IMG/VR virus record: IMGVR_UViG_3300036790_000386
Span: 1 to 64,000 of that record
Strand: one strand, 5' to 3'
Length of the DNA stretch: 64,000 bases
Origin: a virus
A model generated the notes under the pieces. It had not been told where the DNA came from. It saw only the letters and a list, made by a program, of their open reading frames with translations, and made no database searches. The translations under genes were made by a program, and so were the position numbers. Every line of letters begins with the position of its first letter. The first letter of the stretch is position 1. This document shows positions 36,501 to 45,962 of the stretch, piece by piece.

Positions 36501-36590
36501 TTATAATTTCACGCGCGCGTTGCGCGCCTCGCCGCCTTCGGCGGCTCGCACAAACACAAAGAAGGATTAAGATTTATTACACCAGGCTCC
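36501..36590 (+). repeat. twin-hairpin dispersed element, copy 5
   Basis: Core identical to copy 1, including the TTATAATTTCAC leader; distal box TATTACACCAGGCTCC. Confidence 0.97.
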
Positions 36591-36613
36591 AGAAGATTTC
36601 TTTTGGGGCCTGG
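36582..36613 (-). terminator. hairpin after lipoprotein gene, formed with the distal box of copy 5
   Basis: CCAGGCTCCAGAAG...CTTTTGGGGCCTGG imperfect inverted repeat about 10 bp past the stop at 36623; no clear U-tract. Confidence 0.4.
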
Positions 36614-36622
36614 AGTTGTAGT

Positions 36623-37150
36623 TTAGGAAAGTGGAATTGGAATTGGCGCAATGATAACTTGTTTCGCGCGGACGAGAGAAGCAGGAGGGGTAACAACTGC
36701 GGCAGCTGGCACGGTAATTGTGGAGAGTCCTGAAATAAAGGCGGACAGAAGCAGCAAGCCGAGAGAGATGGCTGCGCCTGTTGGTCCTGGAAGAATGGTT
36801 GCTGGAATCAATGGAAGAATCTGCCCAATAAGACCAATAACTTCTTGAGCAACCTGATTGACAGTAGCAGAGCCAGAGGTCAATTGTCCAAAAGCGGTAA
36901 CTGCTGTACCAAGCGCAGAGTAAGCAGATGAGATTTCACCGCTGATAGAAGAACTGACGGAAGATTCTGCCAGAGAGACAAAGCTACCAAAAGCTTGGTA
37001 GATTGCTTGAGCTTCAGCCTGTGCAGTAGCAAGATTAACGGTAACACTGGTATTGAGAGGATTACCGTTAATAAGAGAACAACCGGCTAGAGTAGAAGCA
37101 CCAACAGCAAAAGCAGCAAATGTGCCCAAATTACGACGAGTGAATTTCAT
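36623..37150 (-). CDS. Tat-signal lipoprotein (possible spanin or exclusion protein)
   Basis: MKFTRRNL twin-Arg, lipobox LAGC, hydrophobic C-terminal segment. Confidence 0.65.
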   Translation of the reverse strand: MKFTRRNLGTFAAFAVGASTLAGCSLINGNPLNTSVTVNLATAQAEAQAIYQAFGSFVSLAESSVSSSISGEISSAYSALGTAVTAFGQLTSGSATVNQVAQEVIGLIGQILPLIPATILPGPTGAAISLGLLLLSAFISGLSTITVPAAAVVTPPASLVRAKQVIIAPIPIPLS

Positions 37151-37176
37151 TGCTAGATTCCTTAATTGTTGATAGT

Positions 37177-37443
37177 TTAAGTCTTTGGTGTATTATTTTC
37201 TAGAGCAGTAATGCGAGCTTGCAGTGCAGTAAGTGCATCTCCAGAAGATAAAGCTTGTTTGACGCCTTCTTTGAACATGACGCCGGCAACTGCGGATACA
37301 GACATACCGAAAAACATAACGTCCTGCATATAGCCTGGCGCGATATTGAAGCCTGTGATACCAAGAAGCGCAGTCAATGTTGCATAAGTGCTTGGTTCGC
37401 TAAGTCTTTCAGCAACATATTGAACAGAAGCTTTCCAATTCAT
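37177..37443 (-). CDS. putative holin
   Basis: RLSEPSTYA followed by two hydrophobic segments; 88 aa. Confidence 0.6.
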   Translation of the reverse strand: MNWKASVQYVAERLSEPSTYATLTALLGITGFNIAPGYMQDVMFFGMSVSAVAGVMFKEGVKQALSSGDALTALQARITALENNTPKT

Positions 37444-37454
37444 AGTTGTAACTC

Positions 37455-37610
37455 CTAGATTAAAAGTTGGATAAAATACAGTTTAGGACTAAACCAACCA
37501 AAAGGCTGAGCTGGCCCCCAAAAGGAGACTTCCAGTTTGTTGTTAGGCGCTGGTAGGGAAGGTGTGTGATTTCTTTTCCACTCATCCATACGAATAACAG
37601 TGGCGTCCAT
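37455..37610 (-). CDS. small hypothetical protein (51 aa, not in ORF track)
   Basis: GGAGGA RBS; MDATVIRMDEWKR...; fills the intergenic gap. Confidence 0.5.
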   Translation of the reverse strand: MDATVIRMDEWKRNHTPSLPAPNNKLEVSFWGPAQPFGWFSPKLYFIQLLI

Positions 37611-37636
37611 TTTATCCTCCAATAAGATAAAGCTTA

Positions 37637-38578
37637 TTAGGTGGCACTTGCCATTTGATTTCCATCTTCTTTACGATTAAAAAAATAGTTTTCGATATCC
37701 TTGTTTAACTCGGGTTTGTTCCCTGCTAATTCAACAATACCAAATTCATTAAAAACTAGGTCGGTTTTTGGGTCAAACTCATGTTTTACTAGAATCTCCC
37801 AGCGTTCAGCATACGCCCTGTCTTTTTTTGATCCATGGTAACCGTGAATAATATTGCCTGGAACGTAGCCAATTCTTGGTGCAAATTTTAGAGATTTTGC
37901 TTGCCACTCAATTATAGGACTCATATAGCTTTGAGTTACAGAATATGGAGCACTCTCATGTGCTCGGCCTAGTAAGGACAGAGCCATATGATGATCGCCC
38001 GATCCCAAGATAGCAGTTGTAATAAAACCGCCTGTAGCCTGAAGAAATTCACGACGAGCAATCCAAGCATAACCCGGATGAGCTAACTTGATGCTTTTTT
38101 TAACATGAGATGGAACATTTGGGCCTTGAATAATGGCACGTCGATCTTTAATAGCTTTGCCAAAAGATTCATGTGTTTCAGCTACATTGCCATCAGGACC
38201 AAGATCTTGACAGGTTTCCCAAGCAGATGCAATATCGTGATCTTGAAGAATATCAATTGCATCACGAACCCAATGAGGATTTTGAAAAATGATATCTGCA
38301 TCAAAGAAACCGATATAGTCAGAAGAATTATTTGAAAAAACGTAATCTAAGCCAACTTGAAATTGGCTTTCTTTTTGCCAACAGATTGTGGACGCAGAAA
38401 CTGGAATGTGGTTAATTGCTGTTGAAGTTAAAACGTGTTTTTCACCAACTCGATTGCATTCAACAACAGTTAAATCCACATTGGATTCAAGCATATGGCG
38501 TTCAAATTCAAGATAGCGAAGTAAACGATTTTTGTAGCCTATTGGATTGAAATATGTTGTTATAATTTGGAGACGCAT
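37637..38578 (-). CDS. GT-A fold glycosyltransferase
   Basis: WQKE...FFDADIIF DxD motif; HPGYAWIARR; LGSGDHHMA; HGYHG. Confidence 0.78.
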   Translation of the reverse strand: MRLQIITTYFNPIGYKNRLLRYLEFERHMLESNVDLTVVECNRVGEKHVLTSTAINHIPVSASTICWQKESQFQVGLDYVFSNNSSDYIGFFDADIIFQNPHWVRDAIDILQDHDIASAWETCQDLGPDGNVAETHESFGKAIKDRRAIIQGPNVPSHVKKSIKLAHPGYAWIARREFLQATGGFITTAILGSGDHHMALSLLGRAHESAPYSVTQSYMSPIIEWQAKSLKFAPRIGYVPGNIIHGYHGSKKDRAYAERWEILVKHEFDPKTDLVFNEFGIVELAGNKPELNKDIENYFFNRKEDGNQMASAT

Positions 38579-38586
38579 AAAGTTTC

Positions 38587-39054
38587 CTAACCGTAGAGCA
38601 AGATAGAGCGTGTTAATACAAGCGCATCCGGTAAATTGTTAACCCTGTAGCTGATTGCTTCACGAATCATTGGATGTTCGTGTAAGTTATTTTCATCTTC
38701 CATAGCTACAATAAGAGGCTTGCGATAAGCAAAAGCCCATGCAATTTCCATTACTGTGCCGATAGAAACGGTTGTCGCGCCGAGAAGGTTACATAGAATA
38801 AGATCAGAAGTAGAGCAGTCATAATGATCTCTAGTGTTAATGCCGCGATCGGTTGCTAAAGGATGACAGTCATATGACTGCGTTAAAACACCTTTGTCTT
38901 TTAAAAAGTTTTTCTTACGTAAAGGTGAAAATGCTTGTATTTCTGGCGAAATTGTCTCAAAGATCTTTTGAACACCTTCGCGCCAGTCTACAGCTTGTTC
39001 AAATGTCAGACCAGAAATTGGACCTGCTAAGTATACTTTAAATTTCTGGGTCAT
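38587..39054 (-). CDS. nucleoside 2-deoxyribosyltransferase-like protein
   Basis: VYLAGPI, RD..D...SD, SIGTVMEIAWA..KP. Confidence 0.82.
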   Translation of the reverse strand: MTQKFKVYLAGPISGLTFEQAVDWREGVQKIFETISPEIQAFSPLRKKNFLKDKGVLTQSYDCHPLATDRGINTRDHYDCSTSDLILCNLLGATTVSIGTVMEIAWAFAYRKPLIVAMEDENNLHEHPMIREAISYRVNNLPDALVLTRSILLYG

Positions 39055-39595
39055 TGTTTGAACCTATGTTGTAATGTTTTGGTTTTTTGTCTTTATGTGA
39101 CTCTTTGATACGCTTCACATGTGGAGTTAGTTTATTGACAAGTTTAATATATCCACCTTTAACATTGCGATCGTCGTTCATTTTGTCTGCGGCTTCTGCA
39201 TCAATGATGATTGCAATACAAGCCAGAGCGTGAGCAAGATGAGGAACACCAGAATCCGAAGCAAATTCTTCGCCCTCAAACCAAGCATTAAGGTGACGTT
39301 TACAAGCATCGATATAGATAGAAGGTCTAACTCCGATGGCTCTGAAATTGCCTCGACCGTATTTTAATGCTCCGTCCAACATACCTAAACAACCCATCGC
39401 TGTAGCTGTTTCAGGCCAAAGATGTAGTGGTAATTTATCTGAACCAATTATATCTTTTGGATTTGTTGGTTTTAATTCAGGCACAGATAATTGAGCACGC
39501 AACTGGTGCTTTATAGGAATTCGACTTACCAAGTTAGTTCCCCTATTTATTTGTATGTCGTTTATTGCCCTTTTAAAGAACATCTCTTTGGGCAC
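39038..39595 (-). CDS. dATP/dGTP diphosphohydrolase domain protein (DUF5664)
   Basis: NPKD..G..K.PL.L.P, GALKYG..N, RHL.AW..GE...DSG.PHLAHA. Confidence 0.85.
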   Translation of the reverse strand: MPKEMFFKRAINDIQINRGTNLVSRIPIKHQLRAQLSVPELKPTNPKDIIGSDKLPLHLWPETATAMGCLGMLDGALKYGRGNFRAIGVRPSIYIDACKRHLNAWFEGEEFASDSGVPHLAHALACIAIIIDAEAADKMNDDRNVKGGYIKLVNKLTPHVKRIKESHKDKKPKHYNIGSNNDPEI

Positions 39596-39601
39596 ATGCT
39601 A

Positions 39602-39630
39602 TAAATAGAGGATTTGTTTGACTTTGTCAA
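39602..39630 (-). promoter_or_regulatory. putative sigma70 promoter
   Basis: TTGACA-17 nt-TATTTA on - strand; -35 overlaps the palindrome TTGACtttGTCAA. Confidence 0.35.
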
Positions 39631-39639
39631 CAAAACTGA

Positions 39640-41049
39640 TCAGTGGCTTTCTTCAAACATTGAAGGATTTACAGTGTTACGCCCTACTTCACCATAATCT
39701 TGGTGTAGAATTATTGATTTCATATCTCGGATCGGGCGATAACCATTGTTATAATGCCAAGCATCTGGTGGCAATAAAACTCTAAAGCTTTCAACCGAGC
39801 AACCATTATAATCTTGTGATTGTTCAATTGTAGACTGAGATTTACGATGGTGTATGTGGCCAGTCCACCAATAACGATGAATTGTTTTACCCCAAAGCTC
39901 AGATTGATCAGTAGCCATAAGTAGCGGTAAACGTTCCATCTTGACATCATGGCCGTGATGGGTGCCAATTAAGACTTTACCAAAGTTAAAGAAATGAAAC
40001 GGTCTTGCACTTGTGTTAACAGTTACACGGGGGTCGTTTTCATAGATATTTTTTAAGCATTCAGCTAAAAAAACTGAAGTATAAATATCATGATTGCCGA
40101 TCTCAGTGATAATTGTAACATGGCTATGTTTTCTCAAAGCTGCGCGGATTAAGTATCTGAGCGCTCTAATTGCGCTACGGATCATTTGAGGATATCTACC
40201 ATCGGAATCAACTCTATTGCGATTCGTCGGGGTGACTGGCTCATGACTATCGTAATGAGTAAAATCACCAAGACATGCAATTAAGGCTTCTACGCAAGCA
40301 GGTGAATTATCAATAAGATAATCGATAGAATTGTATAGAAGCTTTTCGCTAAGCTCAATATTGAAATCGGTGCTGCTTTCTTCTTCTGTTGTTTTAAGAC
40401 CTAAATGAAGATCACTGACAACATAAGCTGCCATGATTTTATTATTAAAGTCTTTAGGGCCGATTGAAATTTCAGCTTTTGGGAGTGCTTCAGCTAGAGT
40501 TTCTGAAAACTGTTTCCAAAGTTTTTCACGATCTACATCTTCTAGTTTTTCTGAAACCCACTGTTGAGTTACTTTCCCTTGCTGATCATAAAGTGTTGCT
40601 GTTTTAACAATTTTCTTTGGATCAGGCAGCTGAACTGTTTCTTCTTTATCTCGGCCTTGAATTTTTGTTTTATTCCAATATTCTTGAACTTTTTTATTTC
40701 CATCATATTTGATAGAAGTTCCTCTAAGAGTTAAGCCATTAGGGATAGGATGAATTAAATCATATTGAGGTGCAAATCCCTGCTGTGCTGATAATCTTTC
40801 TTGTTCAGATTTTTTAGTTCTTTCAAAATCTACGCTAGAGATGCCAACTGACGATAATTTGAAACGAGAAAGAACAGGAATTGGATCATTAACATCTAGT
40901 CCTGCATTTTTAATAAGGCGGATTCTATCACATATTGACCTTCGATTAATATCTAATATTTTAGCAGCAACAAGTCTGTTATAATTGCTCTTTCTCAGAG
41001 TTTCAAGAGTGTATTTTAATACTTCTAGTGTTAAAGGTTTCCCTGACAT
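39640..41049 (-). CDS. HTH plus calcineurin-like metallophosphoesterase
   Basis: SDLHLG, GDFTH, GNHD, HHGH, GHIHH; N-terminal Fis-like HTH. Confidence 0.85.
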   Translation of the reverse strand: MSGKPLTLEVLKYTLETLRKSNYNRLVAAKILDINRRSICDRIRLIKNAGLDVNDPIPVLSRFKLSSVGISSVDFERTKKSEQERLSAQQGFAPQYDLIHPIPNGLTLRGTSIKYDGNKKVQEYWNKTKIQGRDKEETVQLPDPKKIVKTATLYDQQGKVTQQWVSEKLEDVDREKLWKQFSETLAEALPKAEISIGPKDFNNKIMAAYVVSDLHLGLKTTEEESSTDFNIELSEKLLYNSIDYLIDNSPACVEALIACLGDFTHYDSHEPVTPTNRNRVDSDGRYPQMIRSAIRALRYLIRAALRKHSHVTIITEIGNHDIYTSVFLAECLKNIYENDPRVTVNTSARPFHFFNFGKVLIGTHHGHDVKMERLPLLMATDQSELWGKTIHRYWWTGHIHHRKSQSTIEQSQDYNGCSVESFRVLLPPDAWHYNNGYRPIRDMKSIILHQDYGEVGRNTVNPSMFEESH

Positions 41050-41100
41050 TTATTAATCTCCACTAAAGCTACGCATGGTAGCAAGCGAAGTCAAAGCAAA

Positions 41101-41340
41101 CTAATGTATTTTATGAAAACTTAAATAGGCAAAGATAAATTCACCTACCCCAGCAAGTAATATAAAAAAGGCTCCCACTTTCATGAAAGCCCAAATAGCT
41201 CCTTTACCTAAAGATGCAATTTCTTTTAAGACAGATAGATCAGATTTAATTTGTTTTAGATCTTCTCTCATATCTTTATCGGATTGTTCTAAAAGTGCAA
41301 GGCGTTCACCATTTGTAAGATCATTCAATTTAGCCTCCAA
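41101..41340 (-). CDS. coiled-coil plus single TM protein (holin/antiholin-like)
   Basis: ERLALLEQ..., KGAIWA followed by a TM helix. Confidence 0.5.
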   Translation of the reverse strand: MEAKLNDLTNGERLALLEQSDKDMREDLKQIKSDLSVLKEIASLGKGAIWAFMKVGAFFILLAGVGEFIFAYLSFHKIH

Positions 41341-41363
41341 TAGTTATTATTTATTTTAAATAA

Positions 41364-42239
41364 TTAAGAAATATTTATATTTCCAGCGCTGATATGTGAA
41401 CCTGAGACAGCAATAGATTGAAAAGCATAGCTGCCTACAATTGTAATTAGATTGGGACTGCTATTGTTAATACTAGATCCAAATTCACAACCACTAAAAC
41501 CTGTAGTACGATGTTGTATAATTTTAATTGGAGAACTAAAGACGCATCCATTAAAAAATGTTACTGCTGCTGTATTATTTCCGTCTTCAATTTCGACACT
41601 GCTTGTGTAGTTTCCAGTAAAATCACATTGTGTAAAATGATTTTCACTCAATGCTTGACCTGAAACAGGAGATCCTTGCAAGAAACCACAATTAGCAGTA
41701 TCACCTTCAGAATCAAATTTAACCCGATGCCACCAATTAGCTCCATTTGAGGTAACTTGAGCGCTCCCAGTAGAATAACCAGCAAAGACATTTTCAAAGT
41801 AACAATCAATACCTTCAGTAAAAATTGCAGAGAATCCATAAAAGGCTGTAACGTCACGAACAAGACAACCAACACAACCAAGAGAAACAGTAAGCGAATT
41901 AGTTTCTGGATTTGGTCCTTGATAACCAAAAATACCGCAATTTTTTATTCCTGAATATAAAGAATTTGGAGCAAATTGCACAGTATTTGTATTGGAGCTT
42001 GCACCACTTTTGTTGGTGCTGGTAAAAACTGTTACTTGTTGACCATCGCCTTCAAATATAACATCAGTTGGGATTACAATGCCTTCTGGTATAAAGAAAG
42101 TTTTAGCAGAATTAAAGCCTGTATAGACCTTACCTCCCCCATTAGCTAATGCAGCATTAAATGCATTTTGAATTGCTGCACTATCGTCAGTATTGCCATC
42201 ACCAACAGCTTGAAAATCTTTTAATGTAATTATACTCAT
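41364..42239 (-). CDS. pectate-lyase-like beta-helix (tailspike/depolymerase domain)
   Basis: KDFQAVGDGNTDDSAAIQNA...GGGKVY. Confidence 0.8.
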   Translation of the reverse strand: MSIITLKDFQAVGDGNTDDSAAIQNAFNAALANGGGKVYTGFNSAKTFFIPEGIVIPTDVIFEGDGQQVTVFTSTNKSGASSNTNTVQFAPNSLYSGIKNCGIFGYQGPNPETNSLTVSLGCVGCLVRDVTAFYGFSAIFTEGIDCYFENVFAGYSTGSAQVTSNGANWWHRVKFDSEGDTANCGFLQGSPVSGQALSENHFTQCDFTGNYTSSVEIEDGNNTAAVTFFNGCVFSSPIKIIQHRTTGFSGCEFGSSINNSSPNLITIVGSYAFQSIAVSGSHISAGNINIS

Positions 42240-42267
42240 ATATAGCTCCCGTGGAGTATAGTTAAAT

Positions 42268-43947
42268 TTACCACCTTATAATAACAAGTCCATTCGCACC
42301 TGAACCCCAAACTGATGAACTTCCAGCACCAGCAGCACCACCCCCACCTGGAATTGTTGCGGCAGCTATAGCAGAAGTATTTGCTGTACCTCCCAATCCG
42401 CCACGAGGTGCATTTCCTCCTGGTGCATTTGAATTAGATCCATCTAAGTCTGTTCCACTTTGGCCTGAAAGATTTAAATAACCACCAGAACCAGCACCAC
42501 CAGGACCAGGACCAGCAGTGCCCCCTGTACCGCCAGTTGCTGAGCACATAGCGCCAAAGCTACTAGTTCCACCGTTAGCTGAAACAGTAGATCCACCAAG
42601 ACCAACAGTTACAGTGATATGTGCTCCGGAAGTTACAGTAAAGATTCCTAAAGAATAACCACCAGCAGCGCCGCTAGCTCCATTACCGCCAAGCCCTGCA
42701 CCACCACCACTCCACAATTCAACTTCTACAACGGTAACACCAGAAGGAACTGTAAAAGTTCCACTATTGGTAAATACGCTATAATTTGCAAATACACCTG
42801 TAGCAACATATAGATTAGTTCCAGTTACAGATCCAGTTACATCTAAAGTACCACCAATTGTTGTATTATCAGTAACCCCAAGAGAGTTGAGTGTTGTTGT
42901 ACCTGCTACACTAAGATTTCCATTAAGTGTAGTATTACCAGTAACACTTAAACTAGAAGATAGATAAACAGCACCAGTGGTATTAAGAATTCCACTAAGT
43001 GTAGTATTACCAGTAACGCTTAGAGTTCCACCGACTGTTTGATTTAGTGTAACAGCAAAATTTCCAGAAGCACCCATAGTTGAAGCATCTGCTGCTACGA
43101 TTCGAAGATTTGAGCCATCTGGTTCTACTGCAATCCAACCTTTATTTGGAATAGTGATTGATGTTTGACCGTTGCTTGTAGTACCAATAAAGGCACCTGT
43201 TTGTGCTGTAACAATACTAGAATAACCGCTATAATTACCTATAACAACCGGACCATTAGCTGAATTAACGAAGCCGGTGGTAAAAGTTACAGTTAAACCA
43301 TTGGCGCCTACATTGATATTTTTACCACCATCACCAGCTATAACAGAATAATTTTGAGTGATAGTTACAGCACGGTTAGCGTAACCTTTTGCTGTAGTAA
43401 ATCCTGGAGCAAAATTAGTTAGTTGCCATTCTGTACCATCAAATACAAAAGTTGCATAACCATTTGCAATAAGTTCAGTGCCTATCAATGCTGTTTTAGC
43501 AATTGTAGTTACAGCTGCATTGCCATTACCCATCCAATTTAAAGTTGTAGCTCCATTATTAGTTGCAGCAATTTGAACAGTAACAGCTAAACCAGCAACT
43601 GGAGCGGGGAAAGAAAGACCAGCTACTGGAACTGCAACAACAATTGCATTAGCTGTACCTGAATCTATAAAACTATCACCGAGAAGAAGTGATTGCCAAA
43701 ATTGAGACCAAAAATCATCAAGAACGCCGTTGTCTAAAATATTTTGGTTTAATACATTGCCCATATAATTGGCAATTGCAGCTGAGACAAAGCTCGGCTG
43801 GCGAACAGCTTTGTTAACTTGAGTAGATTGTGCAGTGCCTGTAACAAAGCCATTGGTGACAACGGTGTCAACTGCCCAATTAGCTTGCGACTCAACACCA
43901 GCACCATCACCAATAGCAAATGGCAAAAAGTCAATTTCAAGAGTCAT
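42268..43947 (-). CDS. tail fibre protein
   Basis: DFLPFA...GF..G.A.S.QVNKAVRQ anchor; GGTL.VTG repeats; C-terminal Gly-rich domain. Confidence 0.8.
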   Translation of the reverse strand: MTLEIDFLPFAIGDGAGVESQANWAVDTVVTNGFVTGTAQSTQVNKAVRQPSFVSAAIANYMGNVLNQNILDNGVLDDFWSQFWQSLLLGDSFIDSGTANAIVVAVPVAGLSFPAPVAGLAVTVQIAATNNGATTLNWMGNGNAAVTTIAKTALIGTELIANGYATFVFDGTEWQLTNFAPGFTTAKGYANRAVTITQNYSVIAGDGGKNINVGANGLTVTFTTGFVNSANGPVVIGNYSGYSSIVTAQTGAFIGTTSNGQTSITIPNKGWIAVEPDGSNLRIVAADASTMGASGNFAVTLNQTVGGTLSVTGNTTLSGILNTTGAVYLSSSLSVTGNTTLNGNLSVAGTTTLNSLGVTDNTTIGGTLDVTGSVTGTNLYVATGVFANYSVFTNSGTFTVPSGVTVVEVELWSGGGAGLGGNGASGAAGGYSLGIFTVTSGAHITVTVGLGGSTVSANGGTSSFGAMCSATGGTGGTAGPGPGGAGSGGYLNLSGQSGTDLDGSNSNAPGGNAPRGGLGGTANTSAIAAATIPGGGGAAGAGSSSVWGSGANGLVIIRW

Positions 43948-43966
43948 GGTTTATTGGCCCTTTGGG

Positions 43967-44590
43967 TTACATTGGCAACCAAGTTGCTGTTGGCGTCCCA
44001 GTATAAGTCACAATAATTTTATCATTTTGACTTACAGTTACGCAACCAGTTGTTGTGCCACAAGTAAAAGCAGCAGCGGAACCGCGCTTAATTTGAACAG
44101 TTGTTAGTGTTGTGCCTGCAAGATATAAAGAACCATATGCAGATGCAGTAAAAGTAAAAGGTGAACCAGTTAAAGATATAGTAGAAGGAGCAACTGGAAC
44201 TGAAGGATTACCTAATCCAATGATTCCCCAATTAGCATTTGTTCCGGTTGAATTTGTAAGAACTTCTGCTTCAACGACTGCATATTGCGTGAGATTGAAA
44301 ACAGCAGTTGTACTACTATTGATGGAAGCTCCACTAGCAGGAACTACTGTTGTTCCAGTGCTAGTAGTTGTTAATTGAACTCTAGAACCAACAATAGCAG
44401 TTGTATTTAGAGATATAACGAGATTAACGCTAGTCATCTCTACTAGATTGCCAATATCTGTTAACGTTATAAGATAATTAGCAGATCGTGTATTGACTGT
44501 AACAGCGCGAACATATGTTGGATTTACAGCAACAAAGCCACTTCCATTGACAATAATAGTTTGATTGTCGATGCTAACTGTACTTGACAT
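43967..44590 (-). CDS. fibre-associated structural protein
   Basis: Thr/Val-rich beta protein between fibre genes. Confidence 0.55.
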   Translation of the reverse strand: MSSTVSIDNQTIIVNGSGFVAVNPTYVRAVTVNTRSANYLITLTDIGNLVEMTSVNLVISLNTTAIVGSRVQLTTTSTGTTVVPASGASINSSTTAVFNLTQYAVVEAEVLTNSTGTNANWGIIGLGNPSVPVAPSTISLTGSPFTFTASAYGSLYLAGTTLTTVQIKRGSAAAFTCGTTTGCVTVSQNDKIIVTYTGTPTATWLPM

Positions 44591-44602
44591 TAGAATTTCC
44601 TA

Positions 44603-45136
44603 TTAAGAAATATATTGCCACTCAGTGCCATCAAAGCAGAAGCGATAAATACCACCACTAAGAATTGTTGTACTGGATAGCGCGCCTTTAGCTTGAGTTG
44701 TTACAGCAACTGCGCCATGACCCATCCAATTAAGAGTTGTTGCACCTGTATTAGAAGCAGCAATCAACACTAAAATTGAAGTACCAGCAACTGGAGCGGG
44801 GAAAGAAAGACCAGAAGGTTCTGTAATAACGATGGTATTGGCTGAACCAGAATCTGTAAAATAATGGCTTTGCAGCATTGTTTGCCAAAACTGTACTTCT
44901 AAACCTGCAACACTGCCATTATCAAAAACACTAGCATTAAGAATTTGAGAGGCTAAATTTGCCCAAGTAGCTGCAACAACAGATGCCTGACGAATAGCTT
45001 TATTAACCTGGATAGAAAGAGTAATTCCAGATTGAAATCCATTAGTAACTACAGCATCTGATACCCAAGCAGCTTGTGATTCTACGTTTGCACTTCCACC
45101 AATAGCAAATGGAAGAAAATCAACTGTATTTGTCAT
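44603..45136 (-). CDS. short tail fibre, paralog of the N-terminal part of 42268..43947
   Basis: DFLPFAIG...VESQA.W...QVNKAIRQ...GLSFPAPVAG...FDGTEWQ. Confidence 0.75.
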   Translation of the reverse strand: MTNTVDFLPFAIGGSANVESQAAWVSDAVVTNGFQSGITLSIQVNKAIRQASVVAATWANLASQILNASVFDNGSVAGLEVQFWQTMLQSHYFTDSGSANTIVITEPSGLSFPAPVAGTSILVLIAASNTGATTLNWMGHGAVAVTTQAKGALSSTTILSGGIYRFCFDGTEWQYIS

Positions 45137-45146
45137 AAAAATTTCC

Positions 45147-45962
45147 TTAAGTAGTGGAAACTAAACTAACCCAAGCGCCATGATCTAAACCTGACACAGT
45201 AACATTTTCAGCATCAAGCCCAAATAATGGAGTTCCACCTAAAATACCACCTGGATAGACTGAAGGCATAGCCAAATAAACTGTAACACCAGCTGTGCCT
45301 AAAGCAATTGCACTACTTGAAAAAATAGCAGATACAATCGCATTTGGTTGTTGACCAGTTAAAATAAACATCATTTGCATATTGCCCATATCTTGAATTG
45401 CAATATAGGACAATTCACCAAATAAAGGTGCAATAACAGTTGAAACTACACCATTAACTGTTGCGACTAAAGTTAAAGGTGTTTTACCAGTTTGAAGAAT
45501 AACTACTGGAACATTATCAGCGCCAAAAATTTGATCCCAAGAATTATAGGCTTGTTGAATTGTACCGTTCCAGTGATTTGCTACAACTTTCGCTTCAAGT
45601 AAAAGTCTATAATCACTATCATCAAGTTCAACAAGACCTGATTCTGGTGCTCCAGTAGTAAACCAAATTGCCTGATTAAACCCTAAACCAACTATATTAA
45701 AACTAAAATAAGAATTAATAGCTTCGCTTAGAAATCGTGTTACACCGATCCAAAGACCAACAGTATCAAGTTGTGTTCCAACTGCTTGGTCTAAATCAAA
45801 ATTTGTAGGTAAGCTAAGTAAGACAGCTGTAAGATCAGCAAATGGTTGAACACAAGCAGATATCGTAGCCATAAAATTTGGCTGATTTTGATTTTGAGAT
45901 GGTATTAAATTTGTATATGTAGTTATTGGAGCCGGCACAGTTGCATTTAATGATAAACTCAT
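45147..45962 (-). CDS. baseplate wedge protein (DUF2612-like)
   Basis: FDLDQAVGTQLDTVGLWIG..R; LDDSDYRLLL.AK...NHWNGT; IQD.GNM. Confidence 0.8.
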   Translation of the reverse strand: MSLSLNATVPAPITTYTNLIPSQNQNQPNFMATISACVQPFADLTAVLLSLPTNFDLDQAVGTQLDTVGLWIGVTRFLSEAINSYFSFNIVGLGFNQAIWFTTGAPESGLVELDDSDYRLLLEAKVVANHWNGTIQQAYNSWDQIFGADNVPVVILQTGKTPLTLVATVNGVVSTVIAPLFGELSYIAIQDMGNMQMMFILTGQQPNAIVSAIFSSSAIALGTAGVTVYLAMPSVYPGGILGGTPLFGLDAENVTVSGLDHGAWVSLVSTT

